63,594 nucleotides of DNA from Thermodesulfovibrionales bacterium (GCA_963715195.1 CAVQRT010000019.1:1-63594), one strand, 5' to 3'; positions 1-10,355 are shown, counted from the first letter of the stretch. A program made the numbers and translations. Notes: generated from the letters alone by a model not told the origin.

Positions 1-126
1 ATCACCAGGATTGAGGTCCGGGTGGTATTTCCGGGCAAGTTTTCGGAATGCCTTCTTGATCTCATCATCCGAGGCCTTTTTGTTTACCCCGAGTACGTCG
101 TAATAGTCTTTTGCACCTGTCGTCAT
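1..126 (-). CDS. DnaJ/CbpA-like J-domain chaperone, 5' part (runs off the window)
   Basis: Manual translation from ATG at 126: [42 protein letters not shown], containing the J-domain HPD motif. Confidence 0.9.
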   Translation of the reverse strand, partial: MTTGAKDYYDVLGVNKKASDDEIKKAFRKLARKYHPDLNPGD

Positions 127-159
127 CTTTTTATCCCCGTTTTAAACTCAATGATTCTT

Positions 160-188
160 ATTATATATATTTAGTCGTTTCATGTCAA
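160..188 (-). promoter_or_regulatory. Consensus sigma70 promoter for the J-domain gene
   Basis: Minus strand TTGACA (188-183), 17-nt spacer, TATAAT (165-160). Confidence 0.8.
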
Positions 189-223
189 CTTAATTGAAAT
201 GATATGTATCATCTATTGGATTA

Positions 224-308
224 GGGGTCAGGTCTCAACATTTGACATTCATGACCCTGACTGTTCTCCTAAATAAGGATCGAATATCAAATGTTGAGAC
301 CTGACCCC
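224..308. repeat. REP/REPIN-like inverted-repeat element, copy 1
   Basis: 27-bp arms ggggtcaggtctcaacatttgacattc (224-250) and gaatatcaaatgttgagacctgacccc (282-308), 1 mismatch, 31-bp spacer. Confidence 0.85.
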
Positions 309-369
309 AATGTGAAAACTGAATGGCAAGTGTTAGAATAAAAACACAGGGTTATTTTTGGGAGGGCGC

Positions 370-1484
370 GTGTTTGGAATTATTCTACTGTCCGTCGTTA
401 CATTAATGCATGTTTACGTCTTCTGGCGTGCAGACTCACTGCCGTTTTTGAAACGCAGGATCTCCAGAAAACTTCTTATCGGCACAGGCATAGTACTCTG
501 GTCAGTCTTTTTTCTCGGCCGCTATCTTGGCCATGGGGGCACAGGTCCCCTGGCCATGACTTTCGAATTCCTCGGGATGAACTGGATGGCTGTGGTATTT
601 CTCTTTACGGTCTGTCTTCTCGCGGTTGACCTCGTTACCATAGGCGGGTTTCTCCTGCCACGTGTCACTCCCCAGCTGCGAGGATTTGCCCTGGTTACGG
701 GCGCGGTGCTTTCTGTCGTCGCGCTCGTGCAGGGCATGCGACCACCGGTAGTGCAAAACTATGACGTATACCTCCACGGGCTTTCTGACAAGATGAACGG
801 CACAGTGGTCGTTGCCATGTCAGATCTGCATATAGGAACACTGCTCGGCAAGCAGTGGCTGGAGGCACGAGTCGATCAGGTGAAAGCGCAGCAGCCTGAC
901 CTCGTGGTACTTCTCGGGGATATCTTCGAAGGACACGGCCAACCCCGCGAGGAACTGATTCCCGTGTTACGAAGCCTTTCTGCACCTCTGGGCGTCTGGG
1001 CCGTCCTTGGTAATCACGAGTTCCACGGCCGTTCTGATAAAGACACGTCTCTCCTCTTATGATGGCATAAAGGTGCTGAACAACTCATGGGCTGAGGTCG
1101 CGCCTGCCCTTAATCCTTGCAGGCGTGGAAGACCTTACCGCCAACCACCGTTCTGGCCAGGGAGGCGATCCCATCTCCAAGGCACTTACGGGGCGGCCGC
1201 CTGGTGCAACAGTCCTTCTCTCTCATACACCATGGCAAGCCGACAAGGCAGCGCGTGCTGGTGCAGGCCTGATGCTTTCCGGTCACACACACGGCGGGCA
1301 AATCTGGCCCTTTGGCTATCTGGTGCAACACATCTACCCCCTGCTTGGAGGACGATATGAAGTGGATGGCATGACGGTCATCGTCTGTCGTGGTACGGGC
1401 ACCTGGGGCCCACGCATGCGCCTCTGGCGTCCCGGGGAAATTCTCCGCGTGACCCTGTATGCGAAAGACAAGGACGGGAAATAA
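370..1484 (+). CDS. Membrane-anchored metallophosphoesterase (YkuE/YaeI-like), frameshifted at about 1055 and 1110
   Basis: N-terminal TM helices; SDLH, GD, GNHE, LLSH and SGHTHGGQ motifs spread over ORFs 358, 1007 and 1125; GGGAGG RBS before GTG at 370. Confidence 0.88.
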
Positions 1485-1574
1485 CATTTTCAGGATGGTG
1501 ACTTATTTCTCTCTTTATTGTGAACCGGACTAGCTGAAGTTATATTTAGTCGTTTCATCTCAATCATCTATAAT

Positions 1575-1664
1575 GGGGTCAGGTCTCAACATTTGACATT
1601 CGATTATAGTTCTGCTTCAGAATGAGACATAGTTATTGAATGTCAAATGTTGAGACCTGACCCC
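1575..1664. repeat. REP/REPIN-like inverted-repeat element, copy 2
   Basis: Perfect 27-bp inverted arms at 1575-1601 and 1638-1664; left arm identical to copy 1; different 36-bp spacer. Confidence 0.85.
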
Positions 1665-1690
1665 TTCATTCTCTGTTCATTCTGTGTATA

Positions 1691-1954
1691 TTAAGATTGT
1701 TTCGGGGGATTTTCCTGATGCGATGTCATAAACTCTCTGATTACATCTGCATGATAGTTGTTGGCCTTGTGGAACTGCTGCAGAAATGAAAGAGCCTTGT
1801 CTGTTGCCTCCTGCAACATGGTTGCCTGAAGGTAGTACTCAGCCCCATGTGGTTCTATCTTCAAAGAAAAATGCAGGGCTTCTTGTAATGACAGCTGTCT
1901 TTTTTCAATTTTGTGTTTCAGCGTATGGACATATACAAGTGGTTCAGTAATCAC
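1691..1954 (-). pseudogene. Probable C-terminal remnant of a ferritin-like/rubrerythrin-like helical protein
   Basis: Helical, protein-like composition (EALHFSLKIE...YHADVIREF); no convincing start or RBS. Confidence 0.35.
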
Positions 1955-1979
1955 GGATATAGCTCAGCAGTAGACGCTT

Positions 1980-2385
1980 TCAGCCTTTTACCTGCATAAA
2001 AGTAATACTAACTTGCCCTTCTTTGGTAAACTCCTGAATGGTTACAGATATCCCCCCGTTCTCCTGTGTGATAGCGAAAGCAGTTTGGCGCCCCAGCATG
2101 GATTCATGGGATAAACTCTTCGGGTCGTCTTTCGTGAGTGCATCCGTATAAAACGCCACAACCTCATCGTATGTATCGGCAGTAGCAAACTGCACAAGCA
2201 CTACCACCCATAATGCCACCCAGGCCCGAATGATCCATTGACTCAACTTCGGTTGCGCCTGGATAACGCGGGATATCCTCAAGGGATAGCACATCGCCAT
2301 TGGAACACCCATAGCCCGTAAAAGAAAATATAAGCAGAGAGAACGCCGCCGTTATCGCACACAATTCGCGTATCCTTATGTTCAT
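1980..2385 (-). CDS. Hypothetical lipoprotein (frameshift at about 2200)
   Basis: Signal peptide with GYGC lipobox in ORF 2164-2409, continuing in ORF 1980-2312 (IPRYPGA...YDEVVAFY). Confidence 0.6.
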
Positions 2386-2490
2386 GGTATGACCCCTTTC
2401 CGCCAGCATTGCGGCAACACATATGTTGTGTATATTTCTCCTGTACCTGTCAATGTACAGTACCAGGATATCGTTTTGGAATACTATGTG

Positions 2491-3552
2491 TTATTCAGGG
2501 TGTGTTTTGGTCAGGAATAATGTCTGCGTCGGATATGCGAACTCAATGCCACGTGCATCGAATTCCTCTTTTATCTTGAAATTGATTTCCTGTTGTATGT
2601 CCATATAGGTGTTGTAGTCTCTCCCCAACACATAATAGACAACCTCGAAGATCAGGCTGAAATCCCCATATGAAAAGAAATGTGCACGGTCAAAGGCTGC
2701 GCCGTCAATCTCCTTTATAATGCCCGCAATGATGACCGGTATTTTTTTCAACTGCGCAGAGGTTGTCTGGTAGGTAACACCGATCTGAAATGCAACGCGA
2801 CGGCTTTCCATTCTCTTATAGTTCCGCACACGGGAGTCGGTAAGGTCTGTATTTGAGAAGATAAGCTGTTCGCCGCTTAAGCTTGAGAGTCTTGTTGTTT
2901 TTATCCCGATATGATCAACAACTCCCATATACTCTCCCACGATGATAAAGTCGCCAATCTCAAAGGGTCGGTCAAAGAATATGATGAAGTAACTGAACAG
3001 ATCCTTTAACACTGTTTGGGCGGCAAGCGCAATCGCCACGCCCCCGATGCCCAAACCAGCAATCAGCGTGGAAATCTCCACTCCAAAATTGTCGAGCATG
3101 ATGATTACCGCGAGGCTCCACAGGACGACCTTTATCGCGGTATGTATCATTCTGAACCCCAGCTTCTTTGATACATCTGCTTCTTTTCTCTCCCAGTAGA
3201 TATCAAGTCCGTAAATAATCACCGACAATATCAAACGGACAGCGAAGATGGTAATGAGAATTACGCCTACCACATTGATTCCCTTTTTTATCAGCGGATC
3301 GAGGACAAGAAATTGCATGCTGAGATAAAAGACCCCAAAATACAGCATGGGGAATAATTTTTTCTCTACAATGCGGATGAAAAGGTCATCGACAGTGCTC
3401 GCAGTCTGGTCTGACCATTTCTTTATACGGACGAGGAGTATACGATCAAAGATATGAATCGCTAAGATGCCTCCGAGAAAAACAGACACGCATATAAGAT
3501 AATCCAGGATGCGATTATTGAAAATAGTTTGATAAAGAATATCCTGCATCAT
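2491..3552 (-). CDS. MscS-family mechanosensitive channel
   Basis: AGLGIGGVAIALAAQ, DRPFEIGD, GIKTT and EFAYPTQ motifs. Confidence 0.93.
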   Translation of the reverse strand: MMQDILYQTIFNNRILDYLICVSVFLGGILAIHIFDRILLVRIKKWSDQTASTVDDLFIRIVEKKLFPMLYFGVFYLSMQFLVLDPLIKKGINVVGVILITIFAVRLILSVIIYGLDIYWERKEADVSKKLGFRMIHTAIKVVLWSLAVIIMLDNFGVEISTLIAGLGIGGVAIALAAQTVLKDLFSYFIIFFDRPFEIGDFIIVGEYMGVVDHIGIKTTRLSSLSGEQLIFSNTDLTDSRVRNYKRMESRRVAFQIGVTYQTTSAQLKKIPVIIAGIIKEIDGAAFDRAHFFSYGDFSLIFEVVYYVLGRDYNTYMDIQQEINFKIKEEFDARGIEFAYPTQTLFLTKTHPE

Positions 3553-3699
3553 ATTATCCCTTCAATTTCATTCGCTATTGACTCTGCTCTCAAGTCCGAA
3601 CCCCGCGTGCAGTGGCAGTGAACAGTACGATGGTCTGAAATGTTCATATTATAGCACGCAAGAGAATAAGGGCTACCGGAGCAGGATAGGGCCGCGTTC

Positions 3700-4695
3700 C
3701 TAGGGCCGGTCAAGACCGTGCAGATCCAGAATGCGGGTGAACTCCTCTGACTGGAAAAGCTCCATCAGTTTTTCGGTCGCGAGATGCTGCGTCTCGGTCC
3801 AGTCCCCGCGAATCCTTATTGCAAAAAGAACTTCTGTGTGGTTCCCCCGAACCGGCCGGGGATCTGTCGGTGTGCCGCCGAGGGGAATAATATCAAACAG
3901 ATCCGGGAATGTGTTGACCGCATGACGTGCCAGGTGGTAGAAAAAAACCCCTGCATCGGCCCTCCCGCAGGCAACAGACCATGGGATTTCACGGTGATGG
4001 ATACGCCTCCCCGTGAGCCATTTCTGCGGATTATTGCCTGCATTGTTGAAGATTAAATCAAAAAGACCCCTGGCTGTCATGCCGGGAGGCGGATTCCGGT
4101 CATCGCGTGCGATGTCGTACACTGAACGTGCATAAAGCGTAAAAGACCCGCCCTCAGCTTCAGGGTTGGGCGTGATGATCCGCAGATCACTTCTGCCAAG
4201 ATCCCAGATTGTCGAGACATGCTTGGGGTTTCCCTTCTTCACCAGCAGGACGTTCCCGCGTGTCTTGCTGACCGGGACAGAGTCACCATTTGTGTAACCT
4301 GCATGGACCAGGGAATCAATGAGCCCCTTCGGACCCACTGCAACCTGCGGGCGACAGCGCGCCCGAAGATTACCGAACTGCACGAGGCCATTTACAATCT
4401 GCTGTTTTGCAACAGGGGGACTGGTGGTATAGTACCAGTTGCGCAGGGGAGCATCATCGGGAAACATTGCAAGGTATCTCTGCCAGAGATCTCTGAGGGC
4501 CATATGGTAATTGCCTGCAGTGGTGAGGACCATGTCGCACTCGCTGATCTCGGCATGCAGATCATTCAGAAGGTTTGCAGTCGGTTCGCTCAGCGACGGT
4601 TCCATGTGGCCGCTGTCAGCAGGCCATTCCAGCACCACCGGCGCATCGACAGATGGCACACCTGTAATTGCGGGGGCCTGGTCAGATGTTTTCAT
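3700..4695 (-). CDS. Molybdate/anion-type substrate-binding domain protein
   Basis: GNVLLVKKGNPKHVSTIWDL and IHHREIP...G.ADAG motifs of ModA-like SBPs. Confidence 0.65.
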   Translation of the reverse strand: MKTSDQAPAITGVPSVDAPVVLEWPADSGHMEPSLSEPTANLLNDLHAEISECDMVLTTAGNYHMALRDLWQRYLAMFPDDAPLRNWYYTTSPPVAKQQIVNGLVQFGNLRARCRPQVAVGPKGLIDSLVHAGYTNGDSVPVSKTRGNVLLVKKGNPKHVSTIWDLGRSDLRIITPNPEAEGGSFTLYARSVYDIARDDRNPPPGMTARGLFDLIFNNAGNNPQKWLTGRRIHHREIPWSVACGRADAGVFFYHLARHAVNTFPDLFDIIPLGGTPTDPRPVRGNHTEVLFAIRIRGDWTETQHLATEKLMELFQSEEFTRILDLHGLDRP

Positions 4696-4924
4696 GAGTA
4701 TGGCATCGCAAAGTATTTGCGGTTCTACCCTTAGTATATTTCCGGATATTGAAAAGTCAATACACCTTTGAAGACATGAAAGATATTCGAGTGAGGATAC
4801 GTGTCTTATTCTTTATAGAGAGGCTGCAGCCTTCTCACTTTGTCCGGGATTCCAGGTGAGGGTATCCAGGATGTCTCATAGCCGTGCATTCTGTAATTGT
4901 GCATAATAGGGGAAACAGCTTGTT

Positions 4925-5470
4925 ATGGAACCAATAGGAATCATCAAAAGGTACTATGATCATGATTCCCTCGCATACCGCATCCTGACCGCACACGGTC
5001 TGCTGGTTGCAGAAAAATCCCTGAGAATCGCGCGCCAGGTGAACCACCTGGCCCCTGATACAGAGTTCATCAGGGAATCCGCGATGCTTCATGACATCGG
5101 GATGTTCCTTACCGACGAACCGGAGATTGGGTGCCACGGGCACGCACCATATGTATGTCACGGGTACCTGGGGAGGGAGATACTTGAACATGAGGGGCTT
5201 TTTCGCCATGCGCTTGTCTGCGAGCGACATGTAGGTGCCGGGATCACCGCCCGGGAGATCGCAGGGAAAAGCCTTCCCCTGCCGGTGAGGGACATGCTCC
5301 CTTTATCCCTTGAGGAACAGATCATCTGCGTTGCTGACAAGTTTTTCTCAAAGGATCCGGGAATGCGGGAAAAGGAAAAGACAATTGAAGAGGTGAGCGC
5401 CCGTATGCAGCTTCTCGGAGAAGACACGCTGAAACGATTCAATGCAATGGCAGCAAATTTCAGGGTTTAG
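4925..5470 (+). CDS. HD-domain (HDIG) phosphohydrolase
   Basis: AMLHDIG, CHG, ERHVG and ADKFFSK motifs. Confidence 0.85.
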   Translation: MEPIGIIKRYYDHDSLAYRILTAHGLLVAEKSLRIARQVNHLAPDTEFIRESAMLHDIGMFLTDEPEIGCHGHAPYVCHGYLGREILEHEGLFRHALVCERHVGAGITAREIAGKSLPLPVRDMLPLSLEEQIICVADKFFSKDPGMREKEKTIEEVSARMQLLGEDTLKRFNAMAANFRV

Positions 5471-5521
5471 TGTAGATTCTCTGTCCTGTCAATATATGCG
5501 AAAACGTACGGATAACGCAGG

Positions 5522-6289
5522 TTAGTAGGATACCCCTTCCAAAAAAAGCCCGTTCGGGGGCGCGGTGGGGCCGGCAAGTCTCCTGTCGCGGGCAGCAAGG
5601 ATCTCCGCTACGCTGTCCGCCCTGACCCTCCCCCTCCCGATCTCAACAAGCGTACCGACAATATTCCTTACCATATGCCTCAGAAACCCGTTCGCCTCGA
5701 TTCGGATTCTGATGAAATTGCCGGCGAGTCTTGCAGTCATGAAGTCGATACCTGCAAAAGGGGTGATATGAAGAGAAAATACCTCCCGAACCATGTTTCT
5801 GACCCCGCTTCCCGACCCCATGAAGGAAGAAAAATCATGCAGACCGATCAATCCGCGTGCTGGAGCATTCATGCGGCTAAGGTCAAGTGGATGTGCGAAT
5901 GTCCAGACATATCTCCGGAGGAAGGCAGACGGATTCGACCGGTGTGCAATCAGGTAGAAATAGCTTTTTCTCAATGCATGATTCCTTGGCTGAAAGGCAT
6001 CGTCCACCTCTGCCACCTTGAGTACCCTGATATCCGGGGGCAACACTGCGTTCAGCGCCTTCTGCATGGTGCCCGGCGGGAGCGATGACCCGGTCCTGAA
6101 TGCAGCAACCTGTCCGAGTGCGTGCACGCCCGCATCAGTCCTGCCAGCCCCCATCACCTTTGTGCGTTCGCCGCATATCTTTTCGACGCTGTCTTCGAGT
6201 ATGCCCTGCACTGTATCGCCTTCCGGCTGAATCTGCCATCCGTGGTAAGCGGTCCCGTCATATTCGAGTATCAGCCTGATTTTTCTCAT
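5522..6289 (-). CDS. truA: tRNA pseudouridine(38-40) synthase
   Basis: YDGTAYHGWQ, GRTDAGVHA and FLRHMVRNIVG motifs. Confidence 0.96.
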   Translation of the reverse strand: MRKIRLILEYDGTAYHGWQIQPEGDTVQGILEDSVEKICGERTKVMGAGRTDAGVHALGQVAAFRTGSSLPPGTMQKALNAVLPPDIRVLKVAEVDDAFQPRNHALRKSYFYLIAHRSNPSAFLRRYVWTFAHPLDLSRMNAPARGLIGLHDFSSFMGSGSGVRNMVREVFSLHITPFAGIDFMTARLAGNFIRIRIEANGFLRHMVRNIVGTLVEIGRGRVRADSVAEILAARDRRLAGPTAPPNGLFLEGVSY

Positions 6290-6529
6290 GGCATACAATA
6301 TTATCACCCCGGGCTCTTTTCGGCAATCTCCGCACAATCCGAAAGGCACAAAGAGCGCGCAAAAATAATCTGTTCATTGTACATATTTCACACCATACAT
6401 GAGCAAAGAACACCCCGTGCAGCATTTGGAAGTGAATTGGGAGTGAAGATGAAGATACCGAAAATATTTTTCACATACGTCCACTTCACAAATATATCTT
6501 TCGGGTTAAAATAAGGAAAGGAATTCGCC

Positions 6530-7615
6530 ATGAGGGAGCACATACACGATATAGGGAGTCTCACCGCACAGGTAAAGCAAAACTGCAATATTTCAGACGC
6601 ACATTACTGGGACTCATATTCGCTCTGCGGGCTTCTGCTGAGGCTGAGGGAACTATACCGGTCCGAGACGGGGATAAAGCTGTGGATGCGAATCCCGCAG
6701 GAATCTATCGGCGACTGGATTGACAAGAGAGAGGCCCTCTGGCACCAGCTCAGGGGGACAGACCTCCAGAACATAGAGATTGACGGGAAAGAGTTTGGTC
6801 CGTTCCAGATCATGAAACTCAACTCTTTGCTGCACGGCCAGAAACTCCTGTACGGTGCCGGTTACGGCATCACAATGAAGCCTTCATTTTTTCTTGCAGA
6901 CCTTGTTTCAAGAGAACGAATCGACGGATTTGAAGTATATATTGCCGGCAATGAATACGCCCGGGACCTGTCTGATTATCCGGCGGTCTTGCAGGGAGAG
7001 GTAATCATCACGCGCCTGGAGACCATCAAGATGCTCATATGGCAAAAGCTGGAAGAGCTGCAGTGTAAGACTACGAAAGCCGGGCTGGCCTATGCCTTTT
7101 CAGAATACGGCATCCGGGAGCATGGCGGATTCTCTGAGGATACCGACAGAAAGCTGGACCTGATTGCCCGTGCCGAGGCACAAACCTATATCCGTCACGA
7201 GATAGGTGAATCTGTCGAGGATGAAAAAATGGGCGATGAATGGAAAACCCTGCTTACCATTATCCCGCGCAGCAAGGCCGAGGTGTTTGCCCGTTCAGTC
7301 AAGGACATCCTCGCCGACACATCCGACCGGGGAATGCTCCGGTACATCATCGACAACCGTCTGACAGGCTCTCTCGGTTTCTATACGGTTTTTCTCAGCG
7401 GATTCAGAAAGACACTCTTCCCGGAAATGCTCGATGCTTTCAAGATATTCACCGGGAATCGCGACTGGAGTCTTGTTGAAAATGCACGAAGGACGGGATA
7501 TCAAAGGGCATCATACTATGCGAATAAGATTCTTGCCTGCTATCGCAGGGAGGGGTCGGATACAGAAAAGACGGCGGGATGCATAGACAATGAGGTGCTC
7601 AGCCTGCTAGGGTAA
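6530..7615 (+). CDS. Conserved hypothetical protein (Sfum_1244-like family, from recall)
   Basis: 361-aa ORF with RBS; NCNISDA...SLCGLLLRLR motif and an HEIGE motif. Confidence 0.6.
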   Translation: MREHIHDIGSLTAQVKQNCNISDAHYWDSYSLCGLLLRLRELYRSETGIKLWMRIPQESIGDWIDKREALWHQLRGTDLQNIEIDGKEFGPFQIMKLNSLLHGQKLLYGAGYGITMKPSFFLADLVSRERIDGFEVYIAGNEYARDLSDYPAVLQGEVIITRLETIKMLIWQKLEELQCKTTKAGLAYAFSEYGIREHGGFSEDTDRKLDLIARAEAQTYIRHEIGESVEDEKMGDEWKTLLTIIPRSKAEVFARSVKDILADTSDRGMLRYIIDNRLTGSLGFYTVFLSGFRKTLFPEMLDAFKIFTGNRDWSLVENARRTGYQRASYYANKILACYRREGSDTEKTAGCIDNEVLSLLG

Positions 7616-8914
7616 TTGCTCCGCACTTATATTCGCTACAAAGACATCGACGAGCCAGAAGTCAAACTGCGAACCTGCATTCCGCTTCAACTCCTGGATT
7701 GCGGAATCGAAATCAAGGGGGATTTTGTAGGATGTGCTGCTCACCATCGCATCGAATGCCTCGGCAATTGCGATAATCCTCGCCTCAAGCGGGATATCCT
7801 CCCCGCTCAGTCCTGAAGGATAGCCGGTTCCATCGTATTTTTCATGGTGATAAAGGATAAAGGGGGAAATATCCGAATAGAAGTTTATCGGTTTTATCAT
7901 TTCGTAGCCGATCACGGAATGTTTCTGGTATTCCTGGCGGACAAAACTTTCGTCTCCCTTGATCTTAAGAAAACCGACGTCATGAAGCAACCCTGCAAAA
8001 TAGAGTCTTTTTTTCCTCTCTTCGGAAAGATGAATGGCGTTCGCGATAATATTGCTGTACATGGCAACCCGCTTCGAGTGCCCGACCTTCTCAGGAATCT
8101 GGTAATCGATTGCCTCGAGGAGTATGTCCGTAAGATGTATTTCATAGTTCTTCTGGTCCTCGACAAACCTCGCCCCTGCAATCGATACCGCAGCCTGGTC
8201 AGCGAGATAGGAGATGATTTCCTCATCCTTCGCAGTATAAAACCCTTCTTTCCTGCTCAGCAATTCGATTACCCCGATCACCCCCGTCTTGGTTGAAAGC
8301 GGCACACAGAGCAGAGACCCGGGAAGGGTATCGGTGATTGAATCGACCTCCTGGTCAAAACGGGGCTCTGCCCCGGCGTTGTCGATCAGCAGGGGACTGC
8401 TGTGTTCTGCCACCCAACCTGCAATTCCCCGGTCTTTCGGCCTCATCGTTCCGAGCAGGTCGATTGCCTTTTCTCCCCTGACTACCTGAAAGACAAGATT
8501 ATCCCCATCGAGTAGCAGGATAGACCCCGCGTCAGAACCGGTCAGAGAGAGTGAATAGTCAATTATTTTTTCATAGAGGATATCGATGTGCACTTCTTCC
8601 CGTACGTCTCTCGTCATGGTGAGTATATTGTCGAGCTGCGTGCTGTATTTCCCGATATTGGTGAGTATCCTTCGAGAAACGGTCCTCAGAAGATAGAATC
8701 CGATACTCGTTAGGACGAGGATAATGATGAGAATAAGTGTGATCGAGACTTCGGGAATGAACGCAACTCTGTCACTGACCGGCTTGTAAAGATATCGCAG
8801 GATAACGGCAAAAAGCGTAATGAAAATAAACGCGGCAATCGCCTGTAACTGCCTGATATTTTTCCTGATATCAGCAATGATGGGCCTTTGTGCCGCGCCC
8901 GATTCATTTTCCAT
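7607..8914 (-). CDS. Membrane GAF + HD-GYP c-di-GMP phosphodiesterase
   Basis: Two TM helices, GAF domain (GIAGWV), LHDVG and HHEKYDGTGYP. Confidence 0.9.
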   Translation of the reverse strand: MENESGAAQRPIIADIRKNIRQLQAIAAFIFITLFAVILRYLYKPVSDRVAFIPEVSITLILIIILVLTSIGFYLLRTVSRRILTNIGKYSTQLDNILTMTRDVREEVHIDILYEKIIDYSLSLTGSDAGSILLLDGDNLVFQVVRGEKAIDLLGTMRPKDRGIAGWVAEHSSPLLIDNAGAEPRFDQEVDSITDTLPGSLLCVPLSTKTGVIGVIELLSRKEGFYTAKDEEIISYLADQAAVSIAGARFVEDQKNYEIHLTDILLEAIDYQIPEKVGHSKRVAMYSNIIANAIHLSEERKKRLYFAGLLHDVGFLKIKGDESFVRQEYQKHSVIGYEMIKPINFYSDISPFILYHHEKYDGTGYPSGLSGEDIPLEARIIAIAEAFDAMVSSTSYKIPLDFDSAIQELKRNAGSQFDFWLVDVFVANISAEQLP

Positions 8915-9010
8915 GCATATCAATTTACTGGAAGTTGCCGTGAATGTCAAATGCAGATGTACCCGGGCCGTCCTTGCATAATGGATTTTGAAAGGTTAGA
9001 ATGAATTCAC

Positions 9011-10318
9011 ATGAAAATACTCCGCCGCAGAAAAGAACTGCGTGAATTTCTTCAATCCCTTCAGAAAAGGGCTTCCGGGACTCAGAGCACTATTGCAGAA
9101 AAGGTGGGAACGATTCTCAGGGATGTCCGGCAGAGGGGTGATGAGGCGGTTTTCCACTACACCGCACTCTTTGACTCGCTCTCCCTGAAAAAGCTGCGGA
9201 TCCATAAAAATGAAATGATTCAGCACGCAAAAAAGTCTGACCCAAAGGTGTTCAGAGCATTAAAGAAATCGGCAACCAGGATACGCACATTTCACTCGCG
9301 TCAGAAAGAACGCTCATGGTCATACACTGAAGGAAAAACTGTCATCGGGCAGATTTTACAACCGTTGGAAAGGGTCGGCATCTATGTGCCCGGGGGGAAA
9401 GCATCGTATCCTTCCTCTGTCCTTATGAATGTAATCCCGGCACAGGTTGCCGGTGTGAAAGAAATTGCGGTCTGTGTGCCCACTCCCCGGGGAGAAGTGA
9501 ACCCACATGTGATGGCTGCACTGACACTGCTCGGAATCACCGAGGCATACAGGATAGGAGGAGCTCAGGCTATCGGAGCGCTCGCGTACGGGACAAAATC
9601 GATCGGGAAGGTCGACAAGATAGTCGGCCCGGGGAACATCTATGTCGCGACTGCCAAAAAACTGGTTTTCGGGACCGTGGATATCGACATGATCGCAGGG
9701 CCAAGTGAAATCCTTGTGATTGCGGATGATTCTGCAAATCCGGCATTTATCGCGGCAGACCTCCTCAGTCAGGCAGAACATGATGAACTTGCCTCATCAA
9801 TCCTCATCACTGACTCCCCTGCGCTTGCCCTTGCGGTAAGACATGAGCTTGCAGAACAACTTGGCACCCTTATGAGGCGAGAGATTGCCCAGAAATCAAT
9901 TGATGCCTTCGGGGCCCTTATTGTTGTGAAAGATATTACCGCAGCTGCTGACCTTGCCAACACTATCGCCCCTGAACATCTCGAAATTATGACACGGAAA
10001 CCCCAACACCTGCTTTCGATTATCAGGAATGCCGGTGCAATATTTCTCGGTGAATGGACACCCGAAGCGATCGGTGACTATGCAGCAGGCCCCAATCATA
10101 CCCTTCCGACCGGGGGGACAGCACGCTTTTCCTCTCCCCTCGGCGTGTATGACTTCATGAAACGTACCAGCCTGATGCGTTTTTCGAGAGACGGGTTTAT
10201 GAAGATCGCGGAGACGGTGAAAACTATTGCCGGTGCTGAAGGACTTGAAGCCCATGGCAACGCGATCGAGCGTGAGACAGAAACTGCTGAAGTAACCCTC
10301 GCAATGACCAGTGTGTGA
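9011..10318 (+). CDS. hisD: Histidinol dehydrogenase
   Basis: YVPGGKASYPS, AGPSE, SQAEHD, APEHLE and GPNHTLPT motifs. Confidence 0.97.
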   Translation: MKILRRRKELREFLQSLQKRASGTQSTIAEKVGTILRDVRQRGDEAVFHYTALFDSLSLKKLRIHKNEMIQHAKKSDPKVFRALKKSATRIRTFHSRQKERSWSYTEGKTVIGQILQPLERVGIYVPGGKASYPSSVLMNVIPAQVAGVKEIAVCVPTPRGEVNPHVMAALTLLGITEAYRIGGAQAIGALAYGTKSIGKVDKIVGPGNIYVATAKKLVFGTVDIDMIAGPSEILVIADDSANPAFIAADLLSQAEHDELASSILITDSPALALAVRHELAEQLGTLMRREIAQKSIDAFGALIVVKDITAAADLANTIAPEHLEIMTRKPQHLLSIIRNAGAIFLGEWTPEAIGDYAAGPNHTLPTGGTARFSSPLGVYDFMKRTSLMRFSRDGFMKIAETVKTIAGAEGLEAHGNAIERETETAEVTLAMTSV

Positions 10319-10355
10319 ACATGTGGCGAGTCAAAAAAACAGGGAGGTTCAAAGG

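Noticed and set aside
224..1664. Repeat arms with 31-36 bp spacers as a CRISPR array or integron attC sites
   Set aside because: The arms are inverted rather than direct, there are only two units, and there are no cas genes, no integrase and no RYYYAAC/GTTRRRY ends.
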